From: Clostridiaceae bacterium
Lineage (GTDB): Bacteria; Bacillota; Clostridia; Acetivibrionales; DTU013
DNA: 64,000 nucleotides
Assembly (NCBI GenBank): GCA_012519745.1
Contig: JAAYPO010000011.1
Location: forward strand, 21,541 to 85,540
Direction: 5' to 3'
Below, piece after piece: positions 47,504 to 57,193 of the stretch (the stretch's first letter is position 1; every line of letters starts with the position of its first letter). The notes beneath the pieces are model-generated. The model searched no databases and was not told the DNA's origin. It worked only from the letters and a program-made list of their open reading frames with translations. The translations under genes were made by a program, and so were the position numbers.

Positions 47504-48124
47504 ATGATATGGGGGATTATGAGTATGGTTATACTGTCTGCAATTTCTATAATAGTCGGCTATTTGCTGGGCAGCCTGAATACATCACTGATTATAGGCA
47601 GATTTTATAAAGTGGACGTAAGACAGCATGGCAGCGGGAATGCCGGAATGACCAACACGCTGCGGACACTTGGTAAAAAGGCTGCGTTGATGGTAATACC
47701 CGGGGATCTGCTAAAGGGCGTACTGGCCTATTTCGCAGGCTATTTCATTTATGGTGGAGAGCTTGGCGGAATGCTCGGCGGAACAGCATGCATCATCGGA
47801 CACATATGGCCTGCGTTTTTTGGCTTTAAGGGCGGAAAAGGCGTTTTGACTACGTTTGCTGTGCTGCTTATGTTTGATTGGCAGATAGCCCTTGGGCTGT
47901 TTGCAGTGTTTATATTAATACTTCTGTTAACCAAATATGTATCGTTGGGCTCTGTTACTGCGGCGTTTCTTTTCCCCATTTCTGCAGCTGTTTTTGGCAG
48001 GGAAACTCAGGTATTGGTTTTTTCCGGGATAATTGCGCTTCTTGTCATATTGAGGCATCATGAGAACATCGGCAGATTGCTCAGCGGTACCGAATCGAAA
48101 TTCTCACTCAGCAGAAAAAAATAA
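47504..48124 (+). CDS. plsY: Glycerol-3-phosphate acyltransferase PlsY
   Basis: Membrane protein with GSGNAGMTN and GGKGV motifs. The true start is possibly ATG 47519 or 47525. Confidence 0.9.
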   Translation: MIWGIMSMVILSAISIIVGYLLGSLNTSLIIGRFYKVDVRQHGSGNAGMTNTLRTLGKKAALMVIPGDLLKGVLAYFAGYFIYGGELGGMLGGTACIIGHIWPAFFGFKGGKGVLTTFAVLLMFDWQIALGLFAVFILILLLTKYVSLGSVTAAFLFPISAAVFGRETQVLVFSGIIALLVILRHHENIGRLLSGTESKFSLSRKK

Positions 48125-48139
48125 AACGGAGGAATCGAT

Positions 48140-49162
48140 ATGGGAAGAAATATTTCCGTCCTTGGAGCCGGAAGTATGGGTACTGCCGTATCAGTACTTC
48201 TTGCCGGCAACGGGCACAGCATAAAGCTGTGGACGCCTTTCAGGGAAGAGGCGGATATGATCAACAGCATGAGGGAGCAGAAGGAAAAGCTCCCCGGGAT
48301 CAAGGTTCCGGAAAGCGTTTACTGTACGGCGGACCTGGATGAGGCTCTGCAGTTCTCCGATATCAATATATTGGTGATACCATCGCAGGTAATAAGAGAA
48401 AATATCAGGCTGATAGCATCATCGGCTAAAAAGCCAAAGCTGATCTGCTGTTTTTCAAAAGGCCTTGAAAAAGATTCAGGTCTGAGGATGTCCGAGGTCA
48501 TCGGTGAAGAGCTCCCGGATGCTGTGGTGGTTGCCATGTCCGGACCTTGCCATGCAGAGGAATTGTCACAGGGGATTCCTACAGCATATGTTGCGGCATC
48601 GGAAAGCAGGCAGGCAGCGGAGTTGATCCAGGATATATTCATTTCAAAACGTTTCAGGGTATATACAAATCCTGATATCATCGGCACTGAGCTTGGCGGA
48701 GCAATCAAGAATGTCATTGCTCTGTGTGCAGGCATTTCAGACGGGCTTGGGTACGGAGACAACACTAAAGCTGCTCTGATGACCAGAGGTATCGCTGAGA
48801 TCTCAAGGCTTGGCTGTGCAATGGGAGCAAAGAGGCAGACCTTTATGGGGCTTGCCGGGATCGGTGACCTGATAGTCACCTGTACCAGCGTGCACAGCCG
48901 CAACAGACGGGCTGGGATACTTATCGGACAGGGGAAGACTGTGGATCAGGCCCTGGATGAGGTCAAAATGGTGGTGGAGGGCTATTACACCACCGAGCCG
49001 GTATACAGGCTCTCAAAGAAGCTTGGCATCGTTATGCCGATAACCTCGGAGGCTTATGCGATACTGTATGAAGGCAAGGATCCTGCCAGCGCAGTGACTG
49101 CGCTGATGAGCAGGGACAGGACCTTTGAGCCTGAAGCAGAGGATATAGAAGATATTTGGTAA
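48140..49162 (+). CDS. gpsA: NAD(P)H-dependent glycerol-3-phosphate dehydrogenase
   Basis: N-terminal GAGSMGTA Rossmann motif, GAIKNVIA, and the conserved der-plsY-gpsA order. Confidence 0.93.
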   Translation: MGRNISVLGAGSMGTAVSVLLAGNGHSIKLWTPFREEADMINSMREQKEKLPGIKVPESVYCTADLDEALQFSDINILVIPSQVIRENIRLIASSAKKPKLICCFSKGLEKDSGLRMSEVIGEELPDAVVVAMSGPCHAEELSQGIPTAYVAASESRQAAELIQDIFISKRFRVYTNPDIIGTELGGAIKNVIALCAGISDGLGYGDNTKAALMTRGIAEISRLGCAMGAKRQTFMGLAGIGDLIVTCTSVHSRNRRAGILIGQGKTVDQALDEVKMVVEGYYTTEPVYRLSKKLGIVMPITSEAYAILYEGKDPASAVTALMSRDRTFEPEAEDIEDIW

Positions 49163-49190
49163 ACTGCACACAGTGGGGCATTCTGATTTT

Positions 49191-49330
49191 GTTCCAAAAT
49201 GCAGGTATAGTGTAGTATTTCCCAAAACTAGGTTGACATATATCAACAAACAGCCAAGATTATGTAATCAATTTATGGTCAAATTTCATGATTATTTCCC
49301 AAAAAGCACACTAAACCTGCATTTTGGAAC
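49191..49330. repeat. 140-bp element bounded by 23-bp imperfect inverted repeats (22/23 match), with internal direct repeats
   Basis: GTTCCAAAATGCAGGTATAGTGT at 49191-49213 pairs with ACACTAAACCTGCATTTTGGAAC at 49308-49330. Inside are two copies of TATTTCCCAAAA and the quasi-palindrome GTTGACATATATCAAC. Confidence 0.8.
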
Positions 49331-49452
49331 ACTGGTGCAATAATGCAATGATATACCATATTATGTTAATGGAAATACAATATTTACATATTTATTTAGA
49401 CTTTAGTTGATATTTTGTACACACCAAAGTGGCGTGTCTCATTTATATTTGA

Positions 49453-50661
49453 TTATTTTTGCAGGAACCTGTCCATGAGCCTGAAGCCCTCTTCAATGAA
49501 AATACCGGTCTGCCGGGCCTGGAATTCATCATAACCCTCTATGCCGGAGGGCTGTTGACTGCTCCTGCGGTAAATGATATAGGGCACCGGCTCGGGTGTA
49601 TGGGTCCTGAGTGAAAGGGGAGTGGGGTGGTCTGGAAGCACCATGATGCTGTAGTCGTCAAATGCAGAAAGTCCGTCGAGAAGTGTCCCCACCACAAGCT
49701 CATCGATATACTCTATCGATTTTACCTTGTTTTCGATCTCGTATCTGTGCCCGCATTCATCCGGGGCTTCAACATGCACATAAACAAAATCCTTGCCGTT
49801 CTTTAGCTCTTTGAGGGCGGCCTCTGCCTTGCCCTTGAAGTTCGTATTTATATTGCCTGTAACACCATCGACATCCACTGAATCCAGTCCGGCACATATT
49901 CCGATACCCTTTATGAGGTCAACGGCAGAGACCACCGATCCGTTGATGCCATACTTGTCTGTAAACTTAGGTATTGCAGGCTTACTGCCTTCGCCCCAGA
50001 GCCATATGGAGTTGGCAGGGCGCAGCCCACGGGATGTCCGGGATTTATTCACAGGATGATCCCTCAGTATTTCATAGCTTTTCCTCTGCATTTCCAGGAA
50101 GAACTCACTTTTATCCCCTGCAGGAAGGTAAGGTGCAATGACCCTTTCCAAAATGTCATGAGGAGGGGTGAAAGTCCTTCTGCCCTCACCGGTGTGCCAG
50201 ACCATACAATGTCTGTAGCTTATACCCGGATGAAAGCGGATCTCTTCGCTGGAAAGATGCCTGTTGATCTCCTCTATAAGCGCTGTCGATTCTGCGGTGG
50301 ATATCTCATCTGAGCTGTAGTCTTCCATCACAGCGTTTTCATAATCTCCGTCTATTTTCAGTGTGACCAGATTGCATCTGAACGCCAGGTCCGTCGGTGA
50401 GAGCTCGACACCCATGCTGACGGCCTCCAGTGGTGATCTTCCGGTATAGTATTTATTGGGGTCGTAACCCATTACAGAAAGATTGGCGGCATCGCTTCCC
50501 GGGGGTATCCCTTCAGGTATGGTCCTGACCATGCCTGTTTCTCCGTTTGCCGCAAGAAAATCGATATTGGGCTTTGCGGCGCTTTGCAGAGGCGTCCTGT
50601 TTCCAAGCTGGGGAACAGGGTAATCCGCCATTCCGTCACCAAGTACCACTACGTATTTCAT
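49453..50661 (-). CDS. apgM: Cofactor-independent phosphoglycerate mutase, ApgM-type (alkaline phosphatase superfamily)
   Basis: MKYVVVLGDGMADYP N-terminus, GSDAANLS, and a VHVEAPDECGH metal-binding region. 402 aa. Confidence 0.8.
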   Translation of the reverse strand: MKYVVVLGDGMADYPVPQLGNRTPLQSAAKPNIDFLAANGETGMVRTIPEGIPPGSDAANLSVMGYDPNKYYTGRSPLEAVSMGVELSPTDLAFRCNLVTLKIDGDYENAVMEDYSSDEISTAESTALIEEINRHLSSEEIRFHPGISYRHCMVWHTGEGRRTFTPPHDILERVIAPYLPAGDKSEFFLEMQRKSYEILRDHPVNKSRTSRGLRPANSIWLWGEGSKPAIPKFTDKYGINGSVVSAVDLIKGIGICAGLDSVDVDGVTGNINTNFKGKAEAALKELKNGKDFVYVHVEAPDECGHRYEIENKVKSIEYIDELVVGTLLDGLSAFDDYSIMVLPDHPTPLSLRTHTPEPVPYIIYRRSSQQPSGIEGYDEFQARQTGIFIEEGFRLMDRFLQK

Positions 50662-50916
50662 AAGCTGTCATTTCTCCATTCCGTAAAAATTGTGCGGGTT
50701 GCATTACGACATGCCCCTATTATATCAGACCTTGAAAATCATGGAAAGGTTTTTGAATTGTTAGGGAATAAATAATCCTGTATAATATAAACATATTATA
50801 ACGAGGTGAATGGTGGGCTGAAAAATTTCTTTGAATGATGCGGTATCGGGCCGGGAGCATCGATACGGTATGGCTGCCCGAGAAATAGAGCTAAGAATTT
50901 TGTCTGAAAGACACAG

Positions 50917-52437
50917 GTGGTACCAATGAGATTCAGGAAATCTGCAATTATACTTATTGCTGCTGTTATTCTCATAGCGGCAGCATTGATCTTCTTTGAC
51001 GCCAGATTGCTTGAGAAGATGAAGCAAACATCACAAACTCAGGACGGTTCACAGCCGCAGGAGCATATAATTGATGACGGAATCACAGACACATCCGGCA
51101 ATGGAGGCCAGGACGGAGCTTTATTGGAAAATGATGTCGGTGAAGCAGACGATGAAACGTCGGCAGAGGAGCTTGTTACATCTGAAGATGTGAGGGTCGA
51201 ATACAATTCACCCGAATATGATATTGAGGTTACGTTATGTGAAGATGCAGGGGGAAAGACATTTTTAAGACTCAAATATTATGTGGATGGAATAAGCACG
51301 GTACATGAGCTTAACCAAGAGCAGATCCCGGAGCTGGCGCGAATATTTGAAAACAGGAAAGGTACAGTTGATAAGTCGGATGCACCGGAAAGCACTGTCT
51401 CCCCGTATTCGATAAGTCAGGCATTGCTGAACCCTGTATTTGGCCAGTTGTACCTGCTTATAAACGGAGCGCCCCTTGAGGTATATACTCAGTCTTCTTT
51501 TTATGTCATAGATCTTTATGATGTCTCTGTAAAAAAGCTGTTTTCTTATCCCGCAAGATATGGCAAAATGTCATTTAGCAGTGATTTTGCTCTGCTTGCA
51601 TATGACTTTGAGGATCCGCCGCTTATGAGCATGTACCGGAAGGATTCGCTCTTTGAGGTCTATAGCTGTACTGAGGGGGAATATCTGGTCAGGGGAAGCA
51701 GGAGGCAGGACGAGACGCTTATTGGCCCTGACAGTGATCCGGGATACATTTATGATCATGCCTTTAGCGGATGGGTGGCGCCTGACACAGTAAAGCTTAT
51801 CCGTGCTTCGCGTCCGGTAGCTGATGTCGGTGCAGAATCCTTTTCCAAAGAAGTTATTTATAATGTGATTACAAACGATATGACCAATATCGATGGCAGT
51901 AAGATCAGCAATGTAAACGGCGGACAGGGAAATGAAGGAGGGCTCGGTGAGGGCGTGCCGGAGAGAACGGATGGAAACGGCAAGGATAACGGTACAGGGA
52001 CCGGAGGAGAATCGGGACAGGGTAATGGTTCGGAGGCTGCCGAAGGAAACGCAGGCGAGCCTGTGAAGGTATTGAAAGACTTCTATTCGTACCTTGGATC
52101 GGAGAACGACTATGATAAAGCGATGAAGCTGCTTGATGACGGATTCATCCTAAGGCTTGGGATGCTAAGGCAATTCGGTATCGAGGAGATCCATAAAAGC
52201 GATATAGTTGCCGGATATAATCAGAATAATGTTTCAATGTACGCTCAACTGCTCAAGGCAGCAAAGTTTGAAAGGCTGGTCGACACTAAGCTCTCCGATG
52301 ACGGTTCGGCAGTGATCGGGTATTATCAGGCACTGGGACTTGGCGGCGATTCACAGGCGAGCCAGCTGATGTCGGCAAGGCTTGAAAAAAAGGACAGTGT
52401 CTGGTTAATAAAACTGATAGAGGACGGTATAAAATAA
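50917..52437 (+). CDS. Hypothetical membrane-anchored protein (506 aa) with acidic and G/N-rich linkers
   Basis: N-terminal TM segment (AIILIAAVILIAAALIFF). No catalytic motif recognised. The start could be ATG 50926. Confidence 0.5.
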   Translation: MVPMRFRKSAIILIAAVILIAAALIFFDARLLEKMKQTSQTQDGSQPQEHIIDDGITDTSGNGGQDGALLENDVGEADDETSAEELVTSEDVRVEYNSPEYDIEVTLCEDAGGKTFLRLKYYVDGISTVHELNQEQIPELARIFENRKGTVDKSDAPESTVSPYSISQALLNPVFGQLYLLINGAPLEVYTQSSFYVIDLYDVSVKKLFSYPARYGKMSFSSDFALLAYDFEDPPLMSMYRKDSLFEVYSCTEGEYLVRGSRRQDETLIGPDSDPGYIYDHAFSGWVAPDTVKLIRASRPVADVGAESFSKEVIYNVITNDMTNIDGSKISNVNGGQGNEGGLGEGVPERTDGNGKDNGTGTGGESGQGNGSEAAEGNAGEPVKVLKDFYSYLGSENDYDKAMKLLDDGFILRLGMLRQFGIEEIHKSDIVAGYNQNNVSMYAQLLKAAKFERLVDTKLSDDGSAVIGYYQALGLGGDSQASQLMSARLEKKDSVWLIKLIEDGIK

Positions 52438-53204
52438 TGCTTCATGCATTTTCAAGGTTTGAAATGCTGGTTGGACCTGAAGCTCTTGAAAAACTCAGGA
52501 ATTCGACAGTAGCCGTATTCGGCATAGGCGGAGTCGGCAGCTTTGTTGTCGAGGGACTTGTACGAAGCGGTGTGGGCAAATTCATACTGGTAGATGATGA
52601 TCTTGTGTGTCTTACAAATCTCAACAGGCAGATACATGCCACAAGAAAGACCATCGGCAAGCCCAAGGTCGAGGTCATGAAGGAAAGGATACTTGAAGTC
52701 AATCCGAAGGCAGAGGTGGAGGCACATCAGCTGTTTTACCTTCCCGAGACGGCAGGAGGCCTGCTGGACGGAAAAATAGACTATATCGTGGATGCTGTCG
52801 ACACTGTTACTGCCAAGATCGATCTTGTTATGAAGGCGAGGGACAAGGGTATACCTATCATAAGCAGCATGGGTACAGGCAACAAGCTGGATCCGACAAA
52901 GCTGATGATAACCGATATCAGCAAAACGACAACGGATCCCCTTGCCAGGGTGATGCGCAAGGAGCTGAGGAACAGGGGCATTACGTCTCTTAAGGTGCTT
53001 TTTTCCGGCGAGATACCGCTAAGGACCATTGAAAATGAGCAGACAAGCTGCAGGGACTGCTGTGTATGTCCCAAGGGGACGGAGAGAAAATGTACTGCCA
53101 GACGCAATATACCTGGGAGCACTTCCTTTGTACCGCCGGTGGCAGGATTGATTATCGCAGGCGAAGTAGTAAAGGATCTGATGGGAGCACCGCAGCAGAA
53201 ATAG
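52437..53204 (+). CDS. tcdA: ThiF/MoeB-family protein, tRNA threonylcarbamoyladenosine dehydratase TcdA-like
   Basis: GIGGVGS Rossmann motif, VDDDLVCLTNLNRQ, about 250 aa. Confidence 0.8.
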   Translation: MLHAFSRFEMLVGPEALEKLRNSTVAVFGIGGVGSFVVEGLVRSGVGKFILVDDDLVCLTNLNRQIHATRKTIGKPKVEVMKERILEVNPKAEVEAHQLFYLPETAGGLLDGKIDYIVDAVDTVTAKIDLVMKARDKGIPIISSMGTGNKLDPTKLMITDISKTTTDPLARVMRKELRNRGITSLKVLFSGEIPLRTIENEQTSCRDCCVCPKGTERKCTARRNIPGSTSFVPPVAGLIIAGEVVKDLMGAPQQK

Positions 53205-53285
53205 TGCGGCATGTGGAGCAGATCAGGCTGGATGTGCCTGCAGAAAAGAAGCACAATCAAATTATATAGAATCGAGCTGATTGAT

Positions 53286-53960
53286 ATGTTTGACAGAAGG
53301 ATCACAATATTCACAGGACACTTTGGGAGCGGCAAAACAGAGGTTTCGGTAAATTATGCACTGCAGACAGCAGAGAGAGGAAAGAAGACTGCCATAGTCG
53401 ATCTTGACATCGTGAACCCGTTTTTCAGGACTGCAGATGTCAGGAATATGCTGGAGGATAAGGGCATAAAGGTCGTCACGCCTGTGTACGCCAATACAAA
53501 TGTCGATGTGCCGTCGCTTCCTGCCGAGATAAACACAATGTTTGAGGACAGGAGCTACAGCGTGGTCCTGGATGTCGGCGGAGATGATCTAGGGGCAAGG
53601 GCTGTATCCAGGTACAAGGAGCAGATAGCCGGCGAGGATCATATACATTATTTCGTCGTAAATACCCGGCGGCCGATGACCAGAACACCGGAAGAGATAG
53701 AAAGGATGATATGGGAGATACAGACCACCGCCGGCATCGATGTGGACATGCTTGTCAACAATGCCAATCTGCTGGGCTCCACTACACCGGAGCTTCTCGG
53801 GGAGGCTTCCTCCATACTGCACAAGGTTTCTGAAAAGCTTTCCATCCCGATAGGATTCATAAGCGGCATGCAGGAGGTTTTGTTCGAATACTCCGGGGAT
53901 CCGGATATCGAAAGACTTTATATGATAAAAAACATTAGGCTGCCCTGGGAGGAGAAATAG
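53286..53960 (+). CDS. P-loop NTPase (SIMIBI/MinD-GPN-like), function unknown
   Basis: Walker A GHFGSGKT and Walker B-like VLDVGGDD. Start at ATG 53286. Confidence 0.6.
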   Translation: MFDRRITIFTGHFGSGKTEVSVNYALQTAERGKKTAIVDLDIVNPFFRTADVRNMLEDKGIKVVTPVYANTNVDVPSLPAEINTMFEDRSYSVVLDVGGDDLGARAVSRYKEQIAGEDHIHYFVVNTRRPMTRTPEEIERMIWEIQTTAGIDVDMLVNNANLLGSTTPELLGEASSILHKVSEKLSIPIGFISGMQEVLFEYSGDPDIERLYMIKNIRLPWEEK

Positions 53961-54069
53961 GAAAGGGGTAGCCTGCTGTCTTTGCGAACAGATTTCTTAT
54001 AGGTTCCTGATTATCGGCGTCACGACTACTGAGACGCAAGAATCATGTACATTTCTCCATGATATATTC

Positions 54070-54098
54070 TTGCATTTCGCAGTAATGAAGTTTATAAT
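54070..54098 (+). promoter_or_regulatory. Candidate sigma-A promoter for the oxidoreductase operon
   Basis: TTGCAT-N17-TATAAT. Confidence 0.55.
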
Positions 54099-54131
54099 AG
54101 TTTAGATCGCTTATAGAATGTGAGGTGCGAT

Positions 54132-54338
54132 ATGGCAAAGGTTACTTTCAGCGAAGAACGCTGCAAGGGCTGCAAGCTTTGTGTGTCTGTATGCCCTAAA
54201 AAAATAGTACTGATGGATGAAGAAAGGCTGAACCTGAAAGGCTTTCACCCTGCAACTGTGAAAGAGATGGAAAAGTGTATCGGCTGTGCCTTCTGTGCAA
54301 CGATTTGTCCTGACTGCGTCATAGTAGTAGAGAAGTGA
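54132..54338 (+). CDS. 2-oxoacid:ferredoxin oxidoreductase delta subunit (2x[4Fe-4S] ferredoxin)
   Basis: Two CxxCxxCxxxCP motifs (CKGCKLCVSVCP and CIGCAFCATICP). Confidence 0.85.
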   Translation: MAKVTFSEERCKGCKLCVSVCPKKIVLMDEERLNLKGFHPATVKEMEKCIGCAFCATICPDCVIVVEK

Positions 54339-54354
54339 TAGGGGGATATTTTCT

Positions 54355-55410
54355 ATGGGAGAAAAAATACTTATGAAGGGTAACGAGGTCATTGCCGAGG
54401 CTGCATTGAGAGCAGGCTGCAGGCATTACTTCGGCTATCCGATAACACCTCAGACAGAGGTAGCACATTATTTTGCAAAAAAGATGCCGGAGTACGGCGG
54501 AACTTTTATACAGGCTGAGAGCGAAATAGCAGCCATGAATATGGTATACGGAGCCGCCAGTGCAGGAGCAAGAGTCATGACCTCCTCATCAAGCCCGGGC
54601 ATAAGCCTCAAGCAGGAGGCGATATCCTATGCGGCATGCGCAGAGCTTCCGGCAGTTATAGTAAATATCGTGAGGGCCGGCCCGGGACTTGGCGGGATAC
54701 TCGCATCTCAGTGCGACTACTTTCAGTCCACAAAGGGAGGGGGCCACGGCGATTACAGAATGGTCGTACTGGCTCCAAGCAGTGTTCAGGAGCTGTATGA
54801 GCTTGTTGTTGATGCCTTTAATATAGCCGACAGATACAGGACTCTTTGCATGATCATGGGTGACGGTATGCTGGGACAGATGATGGAGGGTGTCGAATTC
54901 AGTGATCAGGAAGAGATATTCAAGGCTGACAAAGGCTGGGCGGTGACCGGGACCGGTATGACCAGGGAAAACAATATGATCACTTCCATCTACATCGATC
55001 CTGAAATACTTGAGAAGCACAATCTGAAGCTTCAGGCAAAGTATAGAGAGATAACAGAAAACGAGACCAGGGTGGAGACCTACAACTGCGATGGCGCAGA
55101 TATAATAGTAGCCGCATATGGAACTGTGGCAAGAATAATAAAGAATGTTATCAAGACTGCGGAGAAGGAAGGCATCAAGGTCGGTCTCATCAGGCCGATT
55201 ACACTGTGGCCTTTCCCGACAGCAACATTTGAAAAATATGCAGAAGTCCCCAAGGCGTTCCTTTCGGTAGAAATGAGCGCAGGTCAGATGGTGGAAGATG
55301 TCAGGCTCTCTCTAAACGGAAAGAGTCCGGTGCACTTCCTTGGCAGGATGGGCGGAATGATACCGACCCAAAAGGAGATATTGGAGAAAATCAGGGAAAT
55401 TTTGAAGTAA
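54355..55410 (+). CDS. 2-oxoacid (2-oxoglutarate/2-oxoisovalerate):ferredoxin oxidoreductase alpha subunit
   Basis: 351 aa with MKGNEVIAEAALRAGC...GYPITPQTE, typical of KorA/VorB. Confidence 0.85.
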   Translation: MGEKILMKGNEVIAEAALRAGCRHYFGYPITPQTEVAHYFAKKMPEYGGTFIQAESEIAAMNMVYGAASAGARVMTSSSSPGISLKQEAISYAACAELPAVIVNIVRAGPGLGGILASQCDYFQSTKGGGHGDYRMVVLAPSSVQELYELVVDAFNIADRYRTLCMIMGDGMLGQMMEGVEFSDQEEIFKADKGWAVTGTGMTRENNMITSIYIDPEILEKHNLKLQAKYREITENETRVETYNCDGADIIVAAYGTVARIIKNVIKTAEKEGIKVGLIRPITLWPFPTATFEKYAEVPKAFLSVEMSAGQMVEDVRLSLNGKSPVHFLGRMGGMIPTQKEILEKIREILK

Positions 55411-55416
55411 AGGGGA

Positions 55417-56169
55417 ATGACAATGGCTATAGTATTTCAAAGACCGCATGCCTTGAAGGAAACACAGATGCATTACTGCCCCGGATGTACCCACGGCATC
55501 ATACACCGTATGGTAGCCGAGGTCATTGATGAGCTTGGTATAGAGGGCACAACGATAGGTGTTTCTCCGGTGGGATGCGCATATAACAATTATTTGTACT
55601 TTAACTGCGATATGGTGCAGGCGCCTCATGGCAGAGCACCCGCTGTTGCCACAGGCATAAAGCGTGTACATCCTGACAATACTGTGTTCACGTATCAGGG
55701 TGACGGAGATCTGGCTGCCATAGGCACTGCCGAGATCGTACATGCAGCCAACAGAGGGGAAAAGATAACCACAATATTTATAAATAATGCCATTTATGGA
55801 ATGACATCAGGACAGATGGCTCCGACGACACTGATCGGACAGGTGACCACGACCTCGCCCTTTGGCAGAAAGCCAGAGATAGAGGGTTATCCCGTCAATG
55901 TCTGTGAAATGCTTGCGACCTTGAAGGGAGCAGCGTTTGTGGAACGTGTATCCACACATGATATCAAGAATCTCAACAAAACCAAGAGAGCCATTAAAAA
56001 GGCCTTCCAGGTACAGATGGCAGGACTGGGCTTCTCAATAGTGGAGGTGCTTTCCACCTGTCCGACCAACTGGGGTATGGATCCGGTAAAGTCGTTGAAA
56101 TGGGTCGAGGAAAAGATGATACCCCAATACCCCCTGGGCAACTTCAGAGGAAAGGATTTGGAGGTGTAG
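55417..56169 (+). CDS. 2-oxoacid:ferredoxin oxidoreductase beta subunit (TPP-binding)
   Basis: CPGCTHG and the GDGDLAAIG TPP motif. Confidence 0.88.
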   Translation: MTMAIVFQRPHALKETQMHYCPGCTHGIIHRMVAEVIDELGIEGTTIGVSPVGCAYNNYLYFNCDMVQAPHGRAPAVATGIKRVHPDNTVFTYQGDGDLAAIGTAEIVHAANRGEKITTIFINNAIYGMTSGQMAPTTLIGQVTTTSPFGRKPEIEGYPVNVCEMLATLKGAAFVERVSTHDIKNLNKTKRAIKKAFQVQMAGLGFSIVEVLSTCPTNWGMDPVKSLKWVEEKMIPQYPLGNFRGKDLEV

Positions 56170-56172
56170 GAT

Positions 56173-56706
56173 ATGGCACAGATCGACATAATATTTTCTG
56201 GCTTCGGAGGCCAGGGCATACAGGCAGCCGGCAAGCTCATCGCTTATGCAGGCATGCTGGAAAACAAGCATGTTTCGTTTCTGCCCTCATATGGGCCTGA
56301 AATGAGGGGAGGTACCTCCAACTGCCACGTTATAGTATCAGATGATCCTATAGGCTCTCCCATATTGAACAGCGCCACCGTAGTGATGGCAATGAACAGG
56401 CCGTCATTGGACAAGTTTGAAAAGTATCTGGAGCCCGGCGGCATATTGCTGGTCGACAGCTCGCTTGTCAACAGGAGGCCGGAGAGAAAGGATATAAGGG
56501 TATTCGAGATCCCAGCCACCCAGATAGCTTCAGATTTGGGGAACCTGGCATTTGCAAACATAGTGATGCTGGGCAAGCTTATCCACGAAACGGGTGCAGT
56601 ATCTGCCGAATATATTGAAAAGGGCCTCAAAAAGGTACTGCCGGAGAGGAAGCATTATCTTATCCCGGATGAAATGAAGGCTCTCAAGATCGGCATGGAA
56701 TACTAG
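56173..56706 (+). CDS. 2-oxoacid:ferredoxin oxidoreductase gamma subunit
   Basis: FSGFGGQGI motif, 177 aa, fourth gene of the operon. Confidence 0.85.
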   Translation: MAQIDIIFSGFGGQGIQAAGKLIAYAGMLENKHVSFLPSYGPEMRGGTSNCHVIVSDDPIGSPILNSATVVMAMNRPSLDKFEKYLEPGGILLVDSSLVNRRPERKDIRVFEIPATQIASDLGNLAFANIVMLGKLIHETGAVSAEYIEKGLKKVLPERKHYLIPDEMKALKIGMEY

Positions 56707-56710
56707 GATA

Positions 56711-57052
56711 TCAGCGCACAAAACTGATGATTTGAGATGAACCGATATAGGATATATCTTCAGAGGTATATCCTTTATATTTGTGCTCATGCCGGGAATT
56801 GCTCTCCAGAAGGCCTTCCATCCTGTGGATATGGCCGTTTTCCGTCTTGACCGGAAAACCTGTTATGCCGCAGAAGTAGTGGGTGTGATCCATGTATGAA
56901 GACACACCGTAATAGAAATGAAAATGCAGTCTTTCCAAGCCCAGCATAGATCCCGCATAACCCAGAAGCCTGTGGTAATGGCCGTTTACAATGCTGCATT
57001 CAAGTCTGAATTTGTGGACATGCGATTTCATAGTATCCTCCATTGCAGCCAT
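56711..57052 (-). CDS. YmaF-family histidine-repeat protein
   Basis: Six HxH-x-(F/Y/L)-x-G-type repeats (HVHKF, HYHRL, HFHFY, HTHYF, HIHRM, HEHKY). The likely true start is ATG 57031 (MKSHVHKF), which follows GGAGGA. Confidence 0.65.
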   Translation of the reverse strand: MAAMEDTMKSHVHKFRLECSIVNGHYHRLLGYAGSMLGLERLHFHFYYGVSSYMDHTHYFCGITGFPVKTENGHIHRMEGLLESNSRHEHKYKGYTSEDISYIGSSQIISFVR

Positions 57053-57193
57053 GGGATAATGTCCTTTAAATGAGAGCGCTGATAACTTAATACTATTTTG
57101 CTCAGAAGAAAAATAAATATTAGATGTATATTTTGTAATATTATTGATTAATAGATTTTGTGGTATATATATATAAACGCCCCCTTATTGATA

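Noticed and set aside
49322-49340. Sigma-54-like TGGAAC-N5-TGCA motif at the right arm of the inverted-repeat element.
   Set aside because: The GG-to-GC spacing is one nucleotide short of the -24/-12 consensus. No plus-strand gene lies downstream, because the next gene is convergent.
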